Shown piece after piece: positions 9,800 to 19,276 of a DNA stretch of 64,000 nt. The translations under genes were made by a program, and so were the position numbers. This stretch comes from Gemmatimonadota bacterium (GTDB lineage: Bacteria; JBHIER01; G020348925). The DNA is taken from assembly GCA_020348925.1 (NCBI GenBank), contig CP070758.1, positions 1,258,469 to 1,322,468 of the forward strand, written 5' to 3'. The stretch's first letter is position 1, and the number at the start of each line of letters is the position of its first letter. The notes beneath the pieces are model-generated. The model made no database searches. It was not told where the DNA came from and worked only from the letters and a program-made list of their open reading frames with translations.

Positions 9800-11077
9800 A
9801 TGAAAATGCGCATGTGGAATGTTATAGTCCTCTGTTGTATCATGCTTCTGACAACGGTCTCCCTTGTTGCCGCCGATCGAATTCTGATTTCCATGGATCT
9901 CCAGCAGACGGACCACCTGAAGGCGTACGGTGTCGCTTACTGGACATTGGAGCACGGCATTCATGTGGAATGGCTCCTCAACTACCGCGGTGGATCGTTC
10001 ATGATGGATTACGACGATGCCATAGCCCGGGAGGCACGCATCAGGGGCGTTGCGTTCTCCGTGATTGGGGGGGCGGATGTGGCCAGGATCTCCCATGAGA
10101 TCGAAGAAAATAATATGGAGATGGTTTTGCTGGAGAAAGCACCGGCTATTGCCATCTATGCCCCATCCTTTCGGAACGCCGAGGCCTGGGATGATGCTGT
10201 CAGCCTGGCCCTGGACTATGCCGAGATTCCGTACACCGTTCTCTGGGACGAAGAGGTCCTGAGGGGTGAACTGGAGGATTACGATTGGCTCCACCTCCAT
10301 CACGAGGACTTCACCGGCCAGTACGGAAAATTCTACGGCTCGTACCGGAATGCAGCCTGGTATCAGCGGCAGGTTCTGGAGAACGAGGCCATGGCCCGAA
10401 AGCTGGGATTTGAGAAGGTTTCGAAGCTGAAACTGGCCGTGGCCAAGATGATCAAAGAGTATGTGCTCAGAGGCGGGTTTGTCTTCGCCATGTGCTCGGC
10501 CACCGACAGCTATGACATCGCCCTGGCGGCCGAAAATACTGACATCGCCGAAAGCGTCTTTGACGGCGACCCCTCGGAGCCGGACTGTCAATCGAAGCTC
10601 GATTTCACGAAGACCTTCGCTTTCGAGGAGTTCACCTTAGTCAAGAATCCAATGGTCTACGAATTTTCGAACATCGATACGACCCCGCTTCGCCAGGCCC
10701 TGGGACCGGAGGTGGACTATTTCACCCTCTTCGAATTTTCGGCAAAATATGATCCCGTACCGACCATGTTAACGCAATGTCATGTGCCGGTCATCAATGG
10801 TTTCATGGGTCAGACTACGGGATTCAACCGCGAGACCATAAAAAAATCGGTGGTCCTTCTGGGCGAGATGGAGGGGACGAACGAGGTCAAGTATCTTCAC
10901 GGGAACGCAGGCCGCGGGACCTTTACATTTTTAGGTGGCCACGATCCTGAGGACTACACCCATCACGTTGGCGATCCGCCGACCAACCTGGCCCTGCATA
11001 AAAACTCTCCCGGCTATCGGCTTATTCTGAACAATATTCTCTTCCCCGCCGCCAGAAAGAAGGAGCGGAAGACGTAA
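9800..11077 (+). CDS. Conserved secreted protein (family often labelled 'asparagine synthetase B' in Bacteroidetes; function unknown)
   Basis: Signal peptide plus family motifs QTDHLKAYG, WLLNYRGGSF, WDDAV, DWLHLHHEDFTGQYGKFY, FAMCSATD and GGHDPEDY. Confidence 0.7.
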   Translation: MKMRMWNVIVLCCIMLLTTVSLVAADRILISMDLQQTDHLKAYGVAYWTLEHGIHVEWLLNYRGGSFMMDYDDAIAREARIRGVAFSVIGGADVARISHEIEENNMEMVLLEKAPAIAIYAPSFRNAEAWDDAVSLALDYAEIPYTVLWDEEVLRGELEDYDWLHLHHEDFTGQYGKFYGSYRNAAWYQRQVLENEAMARKLGFEKVSKLKLAVAKMIKEYVLRGGFVFAMCSATDSYDIALAAENTDIAESVFDGDPSEPDCQSKLDFTKTFAFEEFTLVKNPMVYEFSNIDTTPLRQALGPEVDYFTLFEFSAKYDPVPTMLTQCHVPVINGFMGQTTGFNRETIKKSVVLLGEMEGTNEVKYLHGNAGRGTFTFLGGHDPEDYTHHVGDPPTNLALHKNSPGYRLILNNILFPAARKKERKT

Positions 11078-11193
11078 AGAAATTACCAATTTCAAAACCC
11101 AAAGTACAGCGAATTTTCCAGTCTTGGTCAGGCCTTGTTAAGCAGTTGATTTCAATTTCGAAAATTCTATCCTGAAAAGATTTTCTTATCAGT

Positions 11194-11958
11194 ATGTCTC
11201 AGGACAAAATCATATTCTTAGGCACGGCCGGGGCTCGCATGGTCGTTGCCAAACAGATTCGGGCCTCGGGTGGTATGTGGCTCTCCCTGGATAATACGAA
11301 CCTCTACATCGATCCAGGTCCTGGAGCCCTTGTCAAATGCATGGCGCGAAAAGAGAAGCTTGATCCGAGGCAGTTAGACGGCATCCTTCTCTCCCACAAA
11401 CATATCGACCATTCCAACGACGTCAATATCATGATCGAAGCCATGACCGAGGGTGGCTTCAAGCCAAAGGGAGTTGTTTTCGCTCCGGCTGATGCACTCA
11501 ATGTGGATCCCGTCATTCTGAATTACGTGCGAGAGTTTGTGGACGACATTCAAATAATAAAAGAGGGTCAAACGTACTCGATAGGAAATATCACATTCTC
11601 TTCACCCATTCACCACGACCACAGCGATGTGGAAACGTATGGGATCAACTTTTTGAGCTCGAAGCATACTATTTCATACATCACCGATACAAAATATTTT
11701 CCCGAACTGAGCCAGCACTATCGGGGCGATGTGCTCATTATCAGCGTCGTTCGCCTCAAACACAGCCAGTACTATCATCTCTGCATTGACGAGGCACGCC
11801 GGATTATTGAGGACGTCAAACCCAAAGCGACCATTCTGACCCATTTCGGCATGACGATGATTCAGGCCAAGCCCTGGGAGGTGGCCGAAAGACTCTCCCA
11901 GGAGATCGGGATCAACATCATCGCTGCCAGGGACGGGATGACGTTTGAGTTGGACTAA
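11194..11958 (+). CDS. MBL-fold metallo-hydrolase
   Basis: FLGTAG, IDPGPG, SHKHIDHSND, YITDT and LTHFG. Confidence 0.9.
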   Translation: MSQDKIIFLGTAGARMVVAKQIRASGGMWLSLDNTNLYIDPGPGALVKCMARKEKLDPRQLDGILLSHKHIDHSNDVNIMIEAMTEGGFKPKGVVFAPADALNVDPVILNYVREFVDDIQIIKEGQTYSIGNITFSSPIHHDHSDVETYGINFLSSKHTISYITDTKYFPELSQHYRGDVLIISVVRLKHSQYYHLCIDEARRIIEDVKPKATILTHFGMTMIQAKPWEVAERLSQEIGINIIAARDGMTFELD

Positions 11959-12011
11959 GTTGAATAAAATTGTTAGAATTGAGCCGCATATAGCGTCCTT
12001 TCCTAAACTTG

Positions 12012-12136
12012 ATCGTCTCGGATATCTTATTCGTAGGTCGAGAGTTCGAATCTCTTTGGGCGTACTTTTTTTATGGGTTATCAATCCCCAGAATTTCGTC
12101 AATTTCCTTTTGTGACCGATTTGTGACCACAATTTT
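12012..12136 (+). mobile_element. Degenerate integrase attachment-like site: 3' half of a tRNA (probably Arg) plus arm-type direct repeats
   Basis: CGGATATCTTATTCG-TAGGTC-GAGAGTTCGAATCTCT-TTGGGCGTAC gives an anticodon-like stem, T-arm and acceptor 3' strand, with no tRNA 5' half. It is followed by TTGTGACCGATTTGTGACCA. Confidence 0.6.
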
Positions 12137-12352
12137 CCTGCTCATGTTGCGATAGCTTTTCTTTCAATCTCAGGGTAATGCGAACTTATTGACAAAAGAC
12201 GGTTTCATACGTTTCTCAAAATTCCTATAGAATGGCCCGAGATATCACTGTTTGGACCTTTCAGGATACGGATATATTTCTTGGATTATGTGAATTAGAA
12301 AATCTTGAAGTATTGGTGGAGAATGGCTGTCACAGCAAATTGAGGATTTTAC

Positions 12353-12462
12353 TTGACTTTCCAAAAAAAAGATGTATCTTTCTTTTGATTTTCGAAAAGA
12401 GTAATACCAGCGACATATAAAAGTGAGCGGTGATTAGTCCAATCGATCATCGCTCTTTTTTT
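12353..12462 (+). promoter_or_regulatory. Promoter and leader terminator-like hairpin upstream of the cold-shock gene
   Basis: TTGACT-N16-TATCTT (12353-12380). Hairpin GAGCGGTGAT/ATCATCGCTC followed by T7 (12425-12462), before the csp RBS. Confidence 0.55.
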
Positions 12463-12498
12463 ATATCGAAATTCCAAACGAAAGGAGGTGACATAGAA

Positions 12499-12699
12499 AT
12501 GCCTACAGGACACGTAAAATGGTTCAATGACCACAAGGGTTTTGGGTTTATTGGCCAGGAGTCTGGAGATGATGTCTTTGTCCACCATTCTGCTATTCAG
12601 ATGGAGGGGTTCAAAACACTGTATGAAGGTGAAGCAGTGGAATTTGAGCTCATTGAAGACGCAAAGGGTCTGAAAGCGGATAAAGTGGTGAAGTTATAA
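12499..12699 (+). CDS. csp: Cold-shock protein (CspA family)
   Basis: [29 protein letters not shown] and DVFVHHSAI (RNP1/RNP2). 66 aa. Confidence 0.95.
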   Translation: MPTGHVKWFNDHKGFGFIGQESGDDVFVHHSAIQMEGFKTLYEGEAVEFELIEDAKGLKADKVVKL

Positions 12700-12720
12700 A
12701 TCCAGCTTTTTAATGAACCA

Positions 12721-12757
12721 GGGCCTCTTTACCCTATCAAATGGGTATTTGAGGCCC
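12721..12757. terminator. Stem-loop after csp (terminator or RNA-stabilising hairpin)
   Basis: GGGCCTC..TACCC / GGGTA..GAGGCCC. No strong U-tract follows. Confidence 0.4.
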
Positions 12758-12779
12758 GTATCTGTACCAAGGAGGTTAA

Positions 12780-12872
12780 ATGAAGATGAAGTTACATTCA
12801 GTCATGTCGGTCAGAGTTGCTGATACTCGCTCTGGCAACCACGTGACTTTTTCAGATAAGGATTATTCATGA
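12780..12872 (+). CDS. Putative 30-aa leader ORF coupled to the helicase
   Basis: AAGGAGGT RBS at about 12769. MKMKLHSVMSVRVADTRSGNHVTFSDKDYS*, with the stop overlapping the helicase start as ATGA. Confidence 0.4.
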   Translation: MKMKLHSVMSVRVADTRSGNHVTFSDKDYS

Positions 12873-14107
12873 GTTTCAACACATTCAAATTAAATTCACG
12901 CTTACTACTGAACATCAACCGTGCGGGTTACATTACGCCGACTCCTATTCAATCGGCGGCTATTCCTGCAGCTCTTGCTGGGCACGACATCATCGCTACG
13001 GCGCAGACCGGCACGGGCAAGACCGCCGTGTTCGTTCTACCTATTCTCCACTATTTGCTTACCGTTCCTCGCGGTCACCCTCGGGCACTCATTATCACAC
13101 CAACCCGCGAGCTGGCTGAGCAAATTCACGAAACGATTCGTGTTCTCGGGGCAGGGACGAAGATCCGCAGCGTGACGATTTACGGAGGCATTAGCGCGAC
13201 GCCGCAGTTAAAGGCACTGCATGATGGGGTCGAGATTCTTGTGGCCTGCCCCGGGCGATTGCTGGATCATATCGAACATCGTCATGTCAACCTCGCCGGA
13301 TTGGAAGTGCTCGTGTTGGATGAAGCCGACCGCATGCTCGATATGGGATTCCTGCCGGATGTGCGTCGAATTCTCAAGCATGTCCCGAAAGAGCGACAGA
13401 CACTGCTGTTCGGTGCAACCCTCCCATTGGAAATTGAACAGCTTGCCACCCAGACGCTCACATCTCCCCAGCGCATCGCTATCGGACTGAGCCGTCCGGC
13501 ACATACCGTTACCCATGCATTCTTTCCAGTGGCACAACATTTGAAGACGCGATTATTATTGGCGATGCTCAAGAAGACACAAGCAGATTCGGTGTTGATT
13601 TTTACCCGCACCAAGCACCGCGCCGAGCGTCTGGCGAAGCAGATCGGACAAAAACGTTTCAAAGTCACCAGTTTGCACAGTAACCGTACGCAGAAACAGC
13701 GACAGTCGGCACTCAACGGATTCAAGGGCGGCACATATCAGGTCATGGTTGCCACTGACATCGCTTCGCGTGGTATTGATATTGATCGTGTCTCACACGT
13801 CATCAACTACGATATGCCCGATACAGCCGATACGTACATACATCGCATCGGTCGCACCGGAAGAGCCGAGCGGACAGGTGAAGCGTTCACGCTGATGACA
13901 CCGCAAGACGACGCGATGGTGCGGAGACTGGAGAAGATCATGGGGAAGCGCCTTCCGCGCGAGACGCTGCCGGATTTCGATTATGCCGCACGGCTCCCAA
14001 CCAGGACCGACAGCAGGATCAGCCGACCGATACATTCGATGCAGACGGAATCCGGCGGACGGAGATCCAGGCTAACAAGTCGGCGATCAGTGCGCGGCTA
14101 CAGGTAA
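12869..14107 (+). CDS. DEAD-box RNA helicase (RhlE-like)
   Basis: Q motif GYITPTPIQ, AQTGTGKT, PTRELA, DEAD, GAT (variant of SAT), RGID, HRIGRTGR and an Arg-rich tail. Confidence 0.95.
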   Translation: MSFNTFKLNSRLLLNINRAGYITPTPIQSAAIPAALAGHDIIATAQTGTGKTAVFVLPILHYLLTVPRGHPRALIITPTRELAEQIHETIRVLGAGTKIRSVTIYGGISATPQLKALHDGVEILVACPGRLLDHIEHRHVNLAGLEVLVLDEADRMLDMGFLPDVRRILKHVPKERQTLLFGATLPLEIEQLATQTLTSPQRIAIGLSRPAHTVTHAFFPVAQHLKTRLLLAMLKKTQADSVLIFTRTKHRAERLAKQIGQKRFKVTSLHSNRTQKQRQSALNGFKGGTYQVMVATDIASRGIDIDRVSHVINYDMPDTADTYIHRIGRTGRAERTGEAFTLMTPQDDAMVRRLEKIMGKRLPRETLPDFDYAARLPTRTDSRISRPIHSMQTESGGRRSRLTSRRSVRGYR

Positions 14108-14172
14108 ACGATGCAAAGCGAAAACAAGGTTCCGTCAACGTATTTTTATTTCACTTCAAAAGGAGACTCAGA

Positions 14173-14463
14173 ATGAATATCTATGTGGGAAATTTGCCAT
14201 ATGAACTCACCGATGAGGACCTGCAGTTAGCTTTCGAATCATACGGACAGGTTGAGTCCGCAAAAGTCATCAAAGACAAGTACAGTGGTGATTCAAAAGG
14301 ATTTGGATTCGTGGAGATGCCTACAAAGGCTGAAGCGCAGTCTGCTATCAACGGCCTGAATGGCAAAGAATTAAAGGGGAAAACGCTGACGGTGAATGAA
14401 GCGCGCCCCCGCTCCGATAGTCGCGGTGGTAGAGGAGGACGAGGGGGCGGCCGTCGTTTCTAA
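14173..14463 (+). CDS. RRM RNA-binding protein with a Gly/Arg tail
   Basis: MNIYVGNL (RNP2), KGFGFVEM (RNP1), VNEARPR and an RGG tail. AGGAG RBS. Confidence 0.95.
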   Translation: MNIYVGNLPYELTDEDLQLAFESYGQVESAKVIKDKYSGDSKGFGFVEMPTKAEAQSAINGLNGKELKGKTLTVNEARPRSDSRGGRGGRGGGRRF

Positions 14464-14627
14464 TCGTCGGCAATTAGACAGAAAGAATACGATCGCAGAC
14501 AAATACGCCCCCATTGGGCTTAAATTTGTTCGCTTTGTTCCGGGACCATATCTTTCTGTGATAAAGAAATTCTCTGGCTGTAGGTAAAAGCAACAAGCCA
14601 GATGATTAGCCAAGGGAAGAAATCCTA

Positions 14628-16109
14628 TTGAACGTTCTCTTGATATCCCCTGAGTATCCAGATACATTCTGGAGTTTCAAACACGCACTTAAATTCATAC
14701 ACAAGAAGGCCTCTGCCCCGCCGCTCGGCTTACTCACCGTTGCCGCAATGCTTCCTTCAGAGTGGAAAAAGCGTTTGGTCGATGTCAATGTGACAAAGCT
14801 CACCAGGAAATTGTTGAAGTGGGCTGACTGGGCATTTATCAGCAGCATGACGGTTCAACGAGAGTCTGCACGTCAAATCATCAAGCAGTGTAAAGAGGCA
14901 GGTATCAAAATCGTGGCCGGGGGACCACTCTTCACAGGCGAACACGAACGGTTTGAAGAAGTGGATCATTTTGTACTGAATGAAGCTGAAGTGACTCTGC
15001 CACCTTTTCTGGCGGATCTGGATCGGGGACACGCCAAAGACATCTACACAACATCCGAGTTCCCTGATATCCGGGAATCTCCAATTCCTTTGTGGGAATT
15101 GGTCGATGTGGACCGGTATGCCTTGATGAGCATCCAATTCTCGCGAGGGTGCCCTTACAATTGCGAGTTCTGCAATGTGACGGCGCTCTTTGGGCATAGT
15201 GTACGAATAAAAACATCCGATCAGGTCATCGCCGAGTTAGACAGTCTGTATGGACTGGGCTGGCGGAAGCGCATCTTTTTTGTAGACGACAACTTTATTG
15301 GGAATAAAAAGTTTCTCAAGAAAGAGCTGTTGCCTGCGCTCATCCAATGGCAAAAGGAAAAGGGAGGAATACCTTTCGAAACCGAAGTTTCAATTAATCT
15401 AACCGATGATGAGGAATTGATAGAAATGATGATGCAGGCAGGCTTTGATAAGGTTTTTATTGGGATTGAGACGCCTGATACGAACAGCCTGGCTGAATGT
15501 AGTAAAGTGCAAAACAAAGATCGCAACTTAATCGCAGATGTAAAACGTATGCAACGGAAAGGATTACAGGTTCAGGGCGGTTTTATTGTGGGCTTTGACA
15601 GTGATACACCCTCCATTTTTCAGCGGCAAATTGATTTTATACAGAAAAGTGGTATTGTGACGGCGATGGTAGGTCTGTTGCAAGCTCCTCCTGGTACGAA
15701 ACTTTACGAACGGCTGAAAAGAGAAGGTCGCCTAATTGGTCGAATGTCAGGGGACAATGCAGACAGCACGACGAACATTCTCCCGACCATGAATCTGGAA
15801 ACACTCCGTGAAGGATACAAAGATATATTGCGACATATCTATTCCCCTGAACACTACTATCAACGCGTAAAAACCTTCTTGCGAGAGTACAAGGCACCAA
15901 AGATCAAAGCTTCATATGACCTTGACGATATCATGGCGTTCTTTCGTTCCATCTACCACCTTGGCATCAGAGGTAAGGGGCGAGGCTATTATTGGAAGCT
16001 CTTTATATGGACTCTATTTCACCACCCCGAGTTTTTCCCACTGGCCATAACATTTGCCATTTATGGTCAGCATTTCCGTAAAATCTGCGAAATGCATATA
16101 GGGGTTTAG
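14628..16109 (+). CDS. B12-binding radical SAM protein (DUF4070-type C-terminus)
   Basis: PPLGLLTVAA cobalamin-binding domain, SRGCPYNCEFC, VDDNFIG, GIETP and GFIVGFDSD. TTG start. Confidence 0.9.
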   Translation: MNVLLISPEYPDTFWSFKHALKFIHKKASAPPLGLLTVAAMLPSEWKKRLVDVNVTKLTRKLLKWADWAFISSMTVQRESARQIIKQCKEAGIKIVAGGPLFTGEHERFEEVDHFVLNEAEVTLPPFLADLDRGHAKDIYTTSEFPDIRESPIPLWELVDVDRYALMSIQFSRGCPYNCEFCNVTALFGHSVRIKTSDQVIAELDSLYGLGWRKRIFFVDDNFIGNKKFLKKELLPALIQWQKEKGGIPFETEVSINLTDDEELIEMMMQAGFDKVFIGIETPDTNSLAECSKVQNKDRNLIADVKRMQRKGLQVQGGFIVGFDSDTPSIFQRQIDFIQKSGIVTAMVGLLQAPPGTKLYERLKREGRLIGRMSGDNADSTTNILPTMNLETLREGYKDILRHIYSPEHYYQRVKTFLREYKAPKIKASYDLDDIMAFFRSIYHLGIRGKGRGYYWKLFIWTLFHHPEFFPLAITFAIYGQHFRKICEMHIGV

Positions 16110-16249
16110 GAGTGTTCCCTGTTGTTAGAGAAAAGGAGAGGATGAAAGAAAAAGGGAAATCCATTTCCTGTATTTTAAATTGAAATAAGGAGTGACAGTT
16201 GATATCATAAAAGTACGGATTCTCTTTGAAAAGAATGAGGAGATACGCA

Positions 16250-16360
16250 ATGGGAGATAAGGGCAAGAAGGATAAAGACAAGAGTCGGAAACAGAAGGCA
16301 AAAAAACAGGAACAAGAGGCAAGAAAGAAACGGGAGAAGGAGCCCAAAAGAACCTCTTGA
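16250..16360 (+). CDS. Small Lys-rich protein (36 aa)
   Basis: GAGGAG RBS. MGDKGKKDKDKSRKQKAKKQEQEARKKREKEPKRTS*. Below the ORF-track length cutoff. Confidence 0.6.
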   Translation: MGDKGKKDKDKSRKQKAKKQEQEARKKREKEPKRTS

Positions 16361-16448
16361 CAAAAAGTATGGTGAGGCGTCCGCCTCACCCGCACGGTCA
16401 ACATCGTGATATCCCAGGGAACATCAAACCGGCTCTTCGAGTAATTGG

Positions 16449-16679
16449 TTGGGGGAGCTTTGGAGGTCTGTACTGAGTATAAACCAGAATCGTTTTCATG
16501 ATCCACTTGTAGAAGGCGACTCTGAAACCCAAACAGTTGGATGCCGGAAATACAACTCAGAATCCTGTGGGAACAACGGTTTGTTTGGGAAGTGTGCCTT
16601 TACACGAGAGGATGGAATGTGCCTACTTCCACCAAGGTCATGGAAAAAACAGTACGCCAAGCTTCGCCTTTCGGCATGA
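16449..16679 (+). CDS. Small Cys-containing hypothetical protein (start uncertain)
   Basis: FHDPL..GDSETQTVGCR..N.ESC.NN....CAF.REDGMCLLPPRSWKKQY.KL reads as a natural four-Cys protein. Confidence 0.45.
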   Translation: MGELWRSVLSINQNRFHDPLVEGDSETQTVGCRKYNSESCGNNGLFGKCAFTREDGMCLLPPRSWKKQYAKLRLSA

Positions 16680-16949
16680 AGCTCCGGGAATCAGCGGTGA
16701 TTATCTCCCTAATTTCCTCATCCAACATACTTACCATTTAATGGAACGATGTCCCGGTCACATGCCTTTACTTGGGAAATTATGTATGTTCAAAGATGGT
16801 TTGCCTGTGATCGGAAAATCATCGAGATCGAAATCCCAGAAGCAGAGGTCGACAACCAATACCGCTTGGGACACCAAGAGCTGCACTACTGTATGTTGCC
16901 TTCTTCTGTTACCTTCCAGCGTAGCTCCACAGGTCCCGGAACCAGGCAA

Positions 16950-17048
16950 GGGGCGCGGGCTGGCTTCAATGGTGACAGTAACATCAACGTCCTGAATGCG
17001 TTGGGCATTGTGAACGTGATTCTGTGTTTTGGCGAGTGTGAACCCTGA
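16950..17048 (+). pseudogene. Degenerate dockerin C-terminal remnant
   Basis: RAGFNGDSNINVLNALGIVNVILCFGECEP* matches the second half of intact dockerins (ADCNGDGDIDLLDLIGIANVILGLGECEP*) but has lost its Asp Ca ligands. Confidence 0.7.
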
Positions 17049-17130
17049 TTTCTGTGATTCTTGGGGAAATATATCGATATAGTTCAAGATCCGACTGTAT
17101 ATATTTACTTTGATATTCCGCACATTGAGA
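17046..17130 (+). repeat. ~85-bp conserved element, copy 1
   Basis: TGATTTCTGTGATTCTTGGGGAAA..GTTCAAGATCCGAC..CTTTGATATTCCGCACATTGA. Begins at the stop codon. Confidence 0.75.
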
Positions 17131-17225
17131 TTAGGAGTTTAGAGAGCCGATAGAAAGAACTCGTTTTTGTCAAAAAACTCGCATTAGCTCGGTATGAAAA
17201 AAGGGTCCGACCAATAAAGAAGTTG

Positions 17226-17340
17226 AAATTGATGGTCACAAATTAATCACAAGAATATTGGCAGTTTTTTATCGTTTTTGTAACTCTTTGATAGACAAGT
17301 AAAAAAGTACACCTTCGTTGACTCATTTCGAACTCTTCTG
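17226..17340 (-). mobile_element. Second att-like remnant, inverted relative to 12012-12136
   Basis: The minus strand reads GAGTTCGAA..GGTGTACTTTTTTA..TATCAAAGAGTTA (IHF consensus WATCAA-N4-TTR)..TTGTGATTAATTTGTGACCATCAATTT, colinear with 12041-12136. Confidence 0.55.
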
Positions 17341-17420
17341 ATGGCTCCAAATGAGGAAATTGAGGCGACAATTGGGGCTTTTCATCAATTGGCCCTAATT
17401 TGAGAAAAGAATTTATACTC

Positions 17421-17507
17421 AGTCCAAAAGTGAAGAATATCAAAACAAAACTTGACTTTTGATTTTGGTTGAAAAATCAATGTTATCTCCAAAACTCACA
17501 GAAATCA
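17421..17507 (-). repeat. ~85-bp conserved element, copy 2
   Basis: Minus strand TGATTTCTGTGAGTTTTGGAGATA..CAAAATC..TTTGATATTCTTCACTTTTGGA. Starts at the stop of the 17505-18827 gene. Confidence 0.7.
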
Positions 17508-18827
17508 GGGTACACATTCACCAATTTCCAAAATCACGTTTACAATACTCACTAAATCAAGAAGATTAATTTCTCCATCATCATTGCAATCGGCTGCTAA
17601 TATCCCATCTCCTTCTAACGGCTGAGTTCCCAATATATGATTGACAGTGGTCAATACATCCAGAAGATTGATAGATCCATCGCCATTTACATCACCACGA
17701 ATACCAGTTCCACTACCATATTTGTATAGTACAACAAAACCTGTGTCAGAAGTACTGGAATTAAGCGATGCTCCGGTTGCGAAATTGGAGCCCATGGAGA
17801 AACCTAAACCAGTAATTGTAATATACCTATAGCCATCATTAATGTCTGCGAAGGAAACACCTAGAGCACCATCAAGCGAATCATCAATGACATGTTTCGT
17901 CCACAAGGGTGATTCATACCACATTACTTCACTTCTTCTTTCATTAGTAGCAATTATATCAAGATCATTGTCGTTGTCCAAATCGGCAAGAGATAATCCC
18001 CAGGGATAATCAAATGTCGCAATTATATTTATTGTCCATGTTGGATTAACATACCACCTAATCTGACCAGTGGTGGCATCACCAATGACAACATCTAAAT
18101 CCCCGTCATCATCTATATCTCCAACGCACACACTGTTCGCGTCATATGGATTGTTCTCGATAACATGAAAAGTCCATGAGGGATTTTCATGCCACCCCAA
18201 TGCATTTCCATTCATATAACTGAGTATGTCAATATCATTGTCGGAGTCCATGTCCGCAACTTGTGGGAATGCATAAGCGTTATTTGCTAAAGTATGTTCG
18301 ATCCAAGAAGGTGCTTCATACCAAACAAGTCGTTGTGACCCCGCTGCAACTATATCCAAATCACCATCTTTATCAAGATCCGCTACATCAACCGCCATAG
18401 CTCTTTTCAATGTATCAACAACATGTCGGGTCCAATTCGGGGCTTCATACCAGACGACTTCTCCCGCATTTATATTCCCTGCTACAATATCAACTTTGTT
18501 ATCGTCGTTTACGTCGATAACTTTACTCGCCCAACTAAAATCATCATCTATGGTTTTTTTTGTCCAAGATGGACCTTCATATAGGATAATCTCGCCATCA
18601 ACAGGATCTTGGAGGCCATTTATCAAATCCTGGTAACTAACTCTGGGAACTAGTATGTCCAAATTTCCATTTCCTCCAATATCGGCAGGAATTGGTATGA
18701 AAGGAATGTGTCCTAAAGTATCAATATTTATCCTAGTCCACTGGGCAAAAGACACATTAGAACTTGAGAATGACAAAGTAATAATAAGAACCAGGCTCGG
18801 AACGAGATGCTTATTTAGAATAGTCAT
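17505..18827 (-). CDS. Secreted FG-GAP/VCBS-repeat protein with C-terminal dockerin
   Basis: Signal peptide and repeated ADxDxDGDLDI..WYExPxW units. C-terminus RGDVNGDGSINLLD...ADCNDDGEINLLD...GECVP. AGGAGG RBS. Confidence 0.88.
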   Translation of the reverse strand: MTILNKHLVPSLVLIITLSFSSSNVSFAQWTRINIDTLGHIPFIPIPADIGGNGNLDILVPRVSYQDLINGLQDPVDGEIILYEGPSWTKKTIDDDFSWASKVIDVNDDNKVDIVAGNINAGEVVWYEAPNWTRHVVDTLKRAMAVDVADLDKDGDLDIVAAGSQRLVWYEAPSWIEHTLANNAYAFPQVADMDSDNDIDILSYMNGNALGWHENPSWTFHVIENNPYDANSVCVGDIDDDGDLDVVIGDATTGQIRWYVNPTWTINIIATFDYPWGLSLADLDNDNDLDIIATNERRSEVMWYESPLWTKHVIDDSLDGALGVSFADINDGYRYITITGLGFSMGSNFATGASLNSSTSDTGFVVLYKYGSGTGIRGDVNGDGSINLLDVLTTVNHILGTQPLEGDGILAADCNDDGEINLLDLVSIVNVILEIGECVP

Positions 18828-18854
18828 TTCTATTCCTCCTTTCAGCTCGGGCTA

Positions 18855-19027
18855 CGTTACAATATTGATGTGGTTCAGGTGGTGCCAGTGACTGACAGGT
18901 GAACCGTTGATATTAAGACGATTATACTGAGAAGTATGACAAAAGAGGTGTCGAGCAAAGTCTAGCACGGCTCGCCTGCATATTGCTATTCATAGATTGA
19001 AGGTATAAAGCTATTTGTAAATGTCAA
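18855..19027 (-). promoter_or_regulatory. Promoter plus structured 5'-leader motif (copy B)
   Basis: TTGACA-N16-TACCTT, then TGCAGGCGAGC..TTGTCATACTTCTCA..GGTTCACCTGTCAGTCACTGGCACCACCTGAACC. Homologous to 47417-47589. Confidence 0.6.
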
Positions 19028-19189
19028 GTATTATTTTGATGATTGATCTCAGGAGACTATCCGAAAAATAGATTTCCTGCACAATTCCTATTTCTCCAAT
19101 TTATGACGGTAACATTGATTCTTCAATTGATAACCAGAGTGCATATTTGTTTTGAAAATATGCATTTTTCAGAGCTTTTTTTCAATCCA

Positions 19190-19276
19190 TCTCCAAAAAC
19201 TACATGTTAGCAAAGAAAAATGCAATTCCGGATTTTGAACGATTGTACTGTTTTTCTCCAAGATTCACAGTAATCT
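19190..19276 (-). repeat. ~85-bp conserved element, copy 3
   Basis: Minus strand GATTACTGTGAATCTTGGAGAAA..ATCGTTCAAAATCCGG..TCTTTGCTA..TTTTTGGAGA. A further partial copy lies at about 19070-19114. Confidence 0.7.

Noticed and set aside
9800-11077. True asparagine synthetase AsnB
   Set aside because: It has a signal peptide and lacks the N-terminal Cys and the SGGLDS ATP-binding motif.
11990-12070. Intact tRNA gene
   Set aside because: Only the anticodon-like stem, T-arm and 3' acceptor strand are present. There is no D-arm, 5' strand or CCA.
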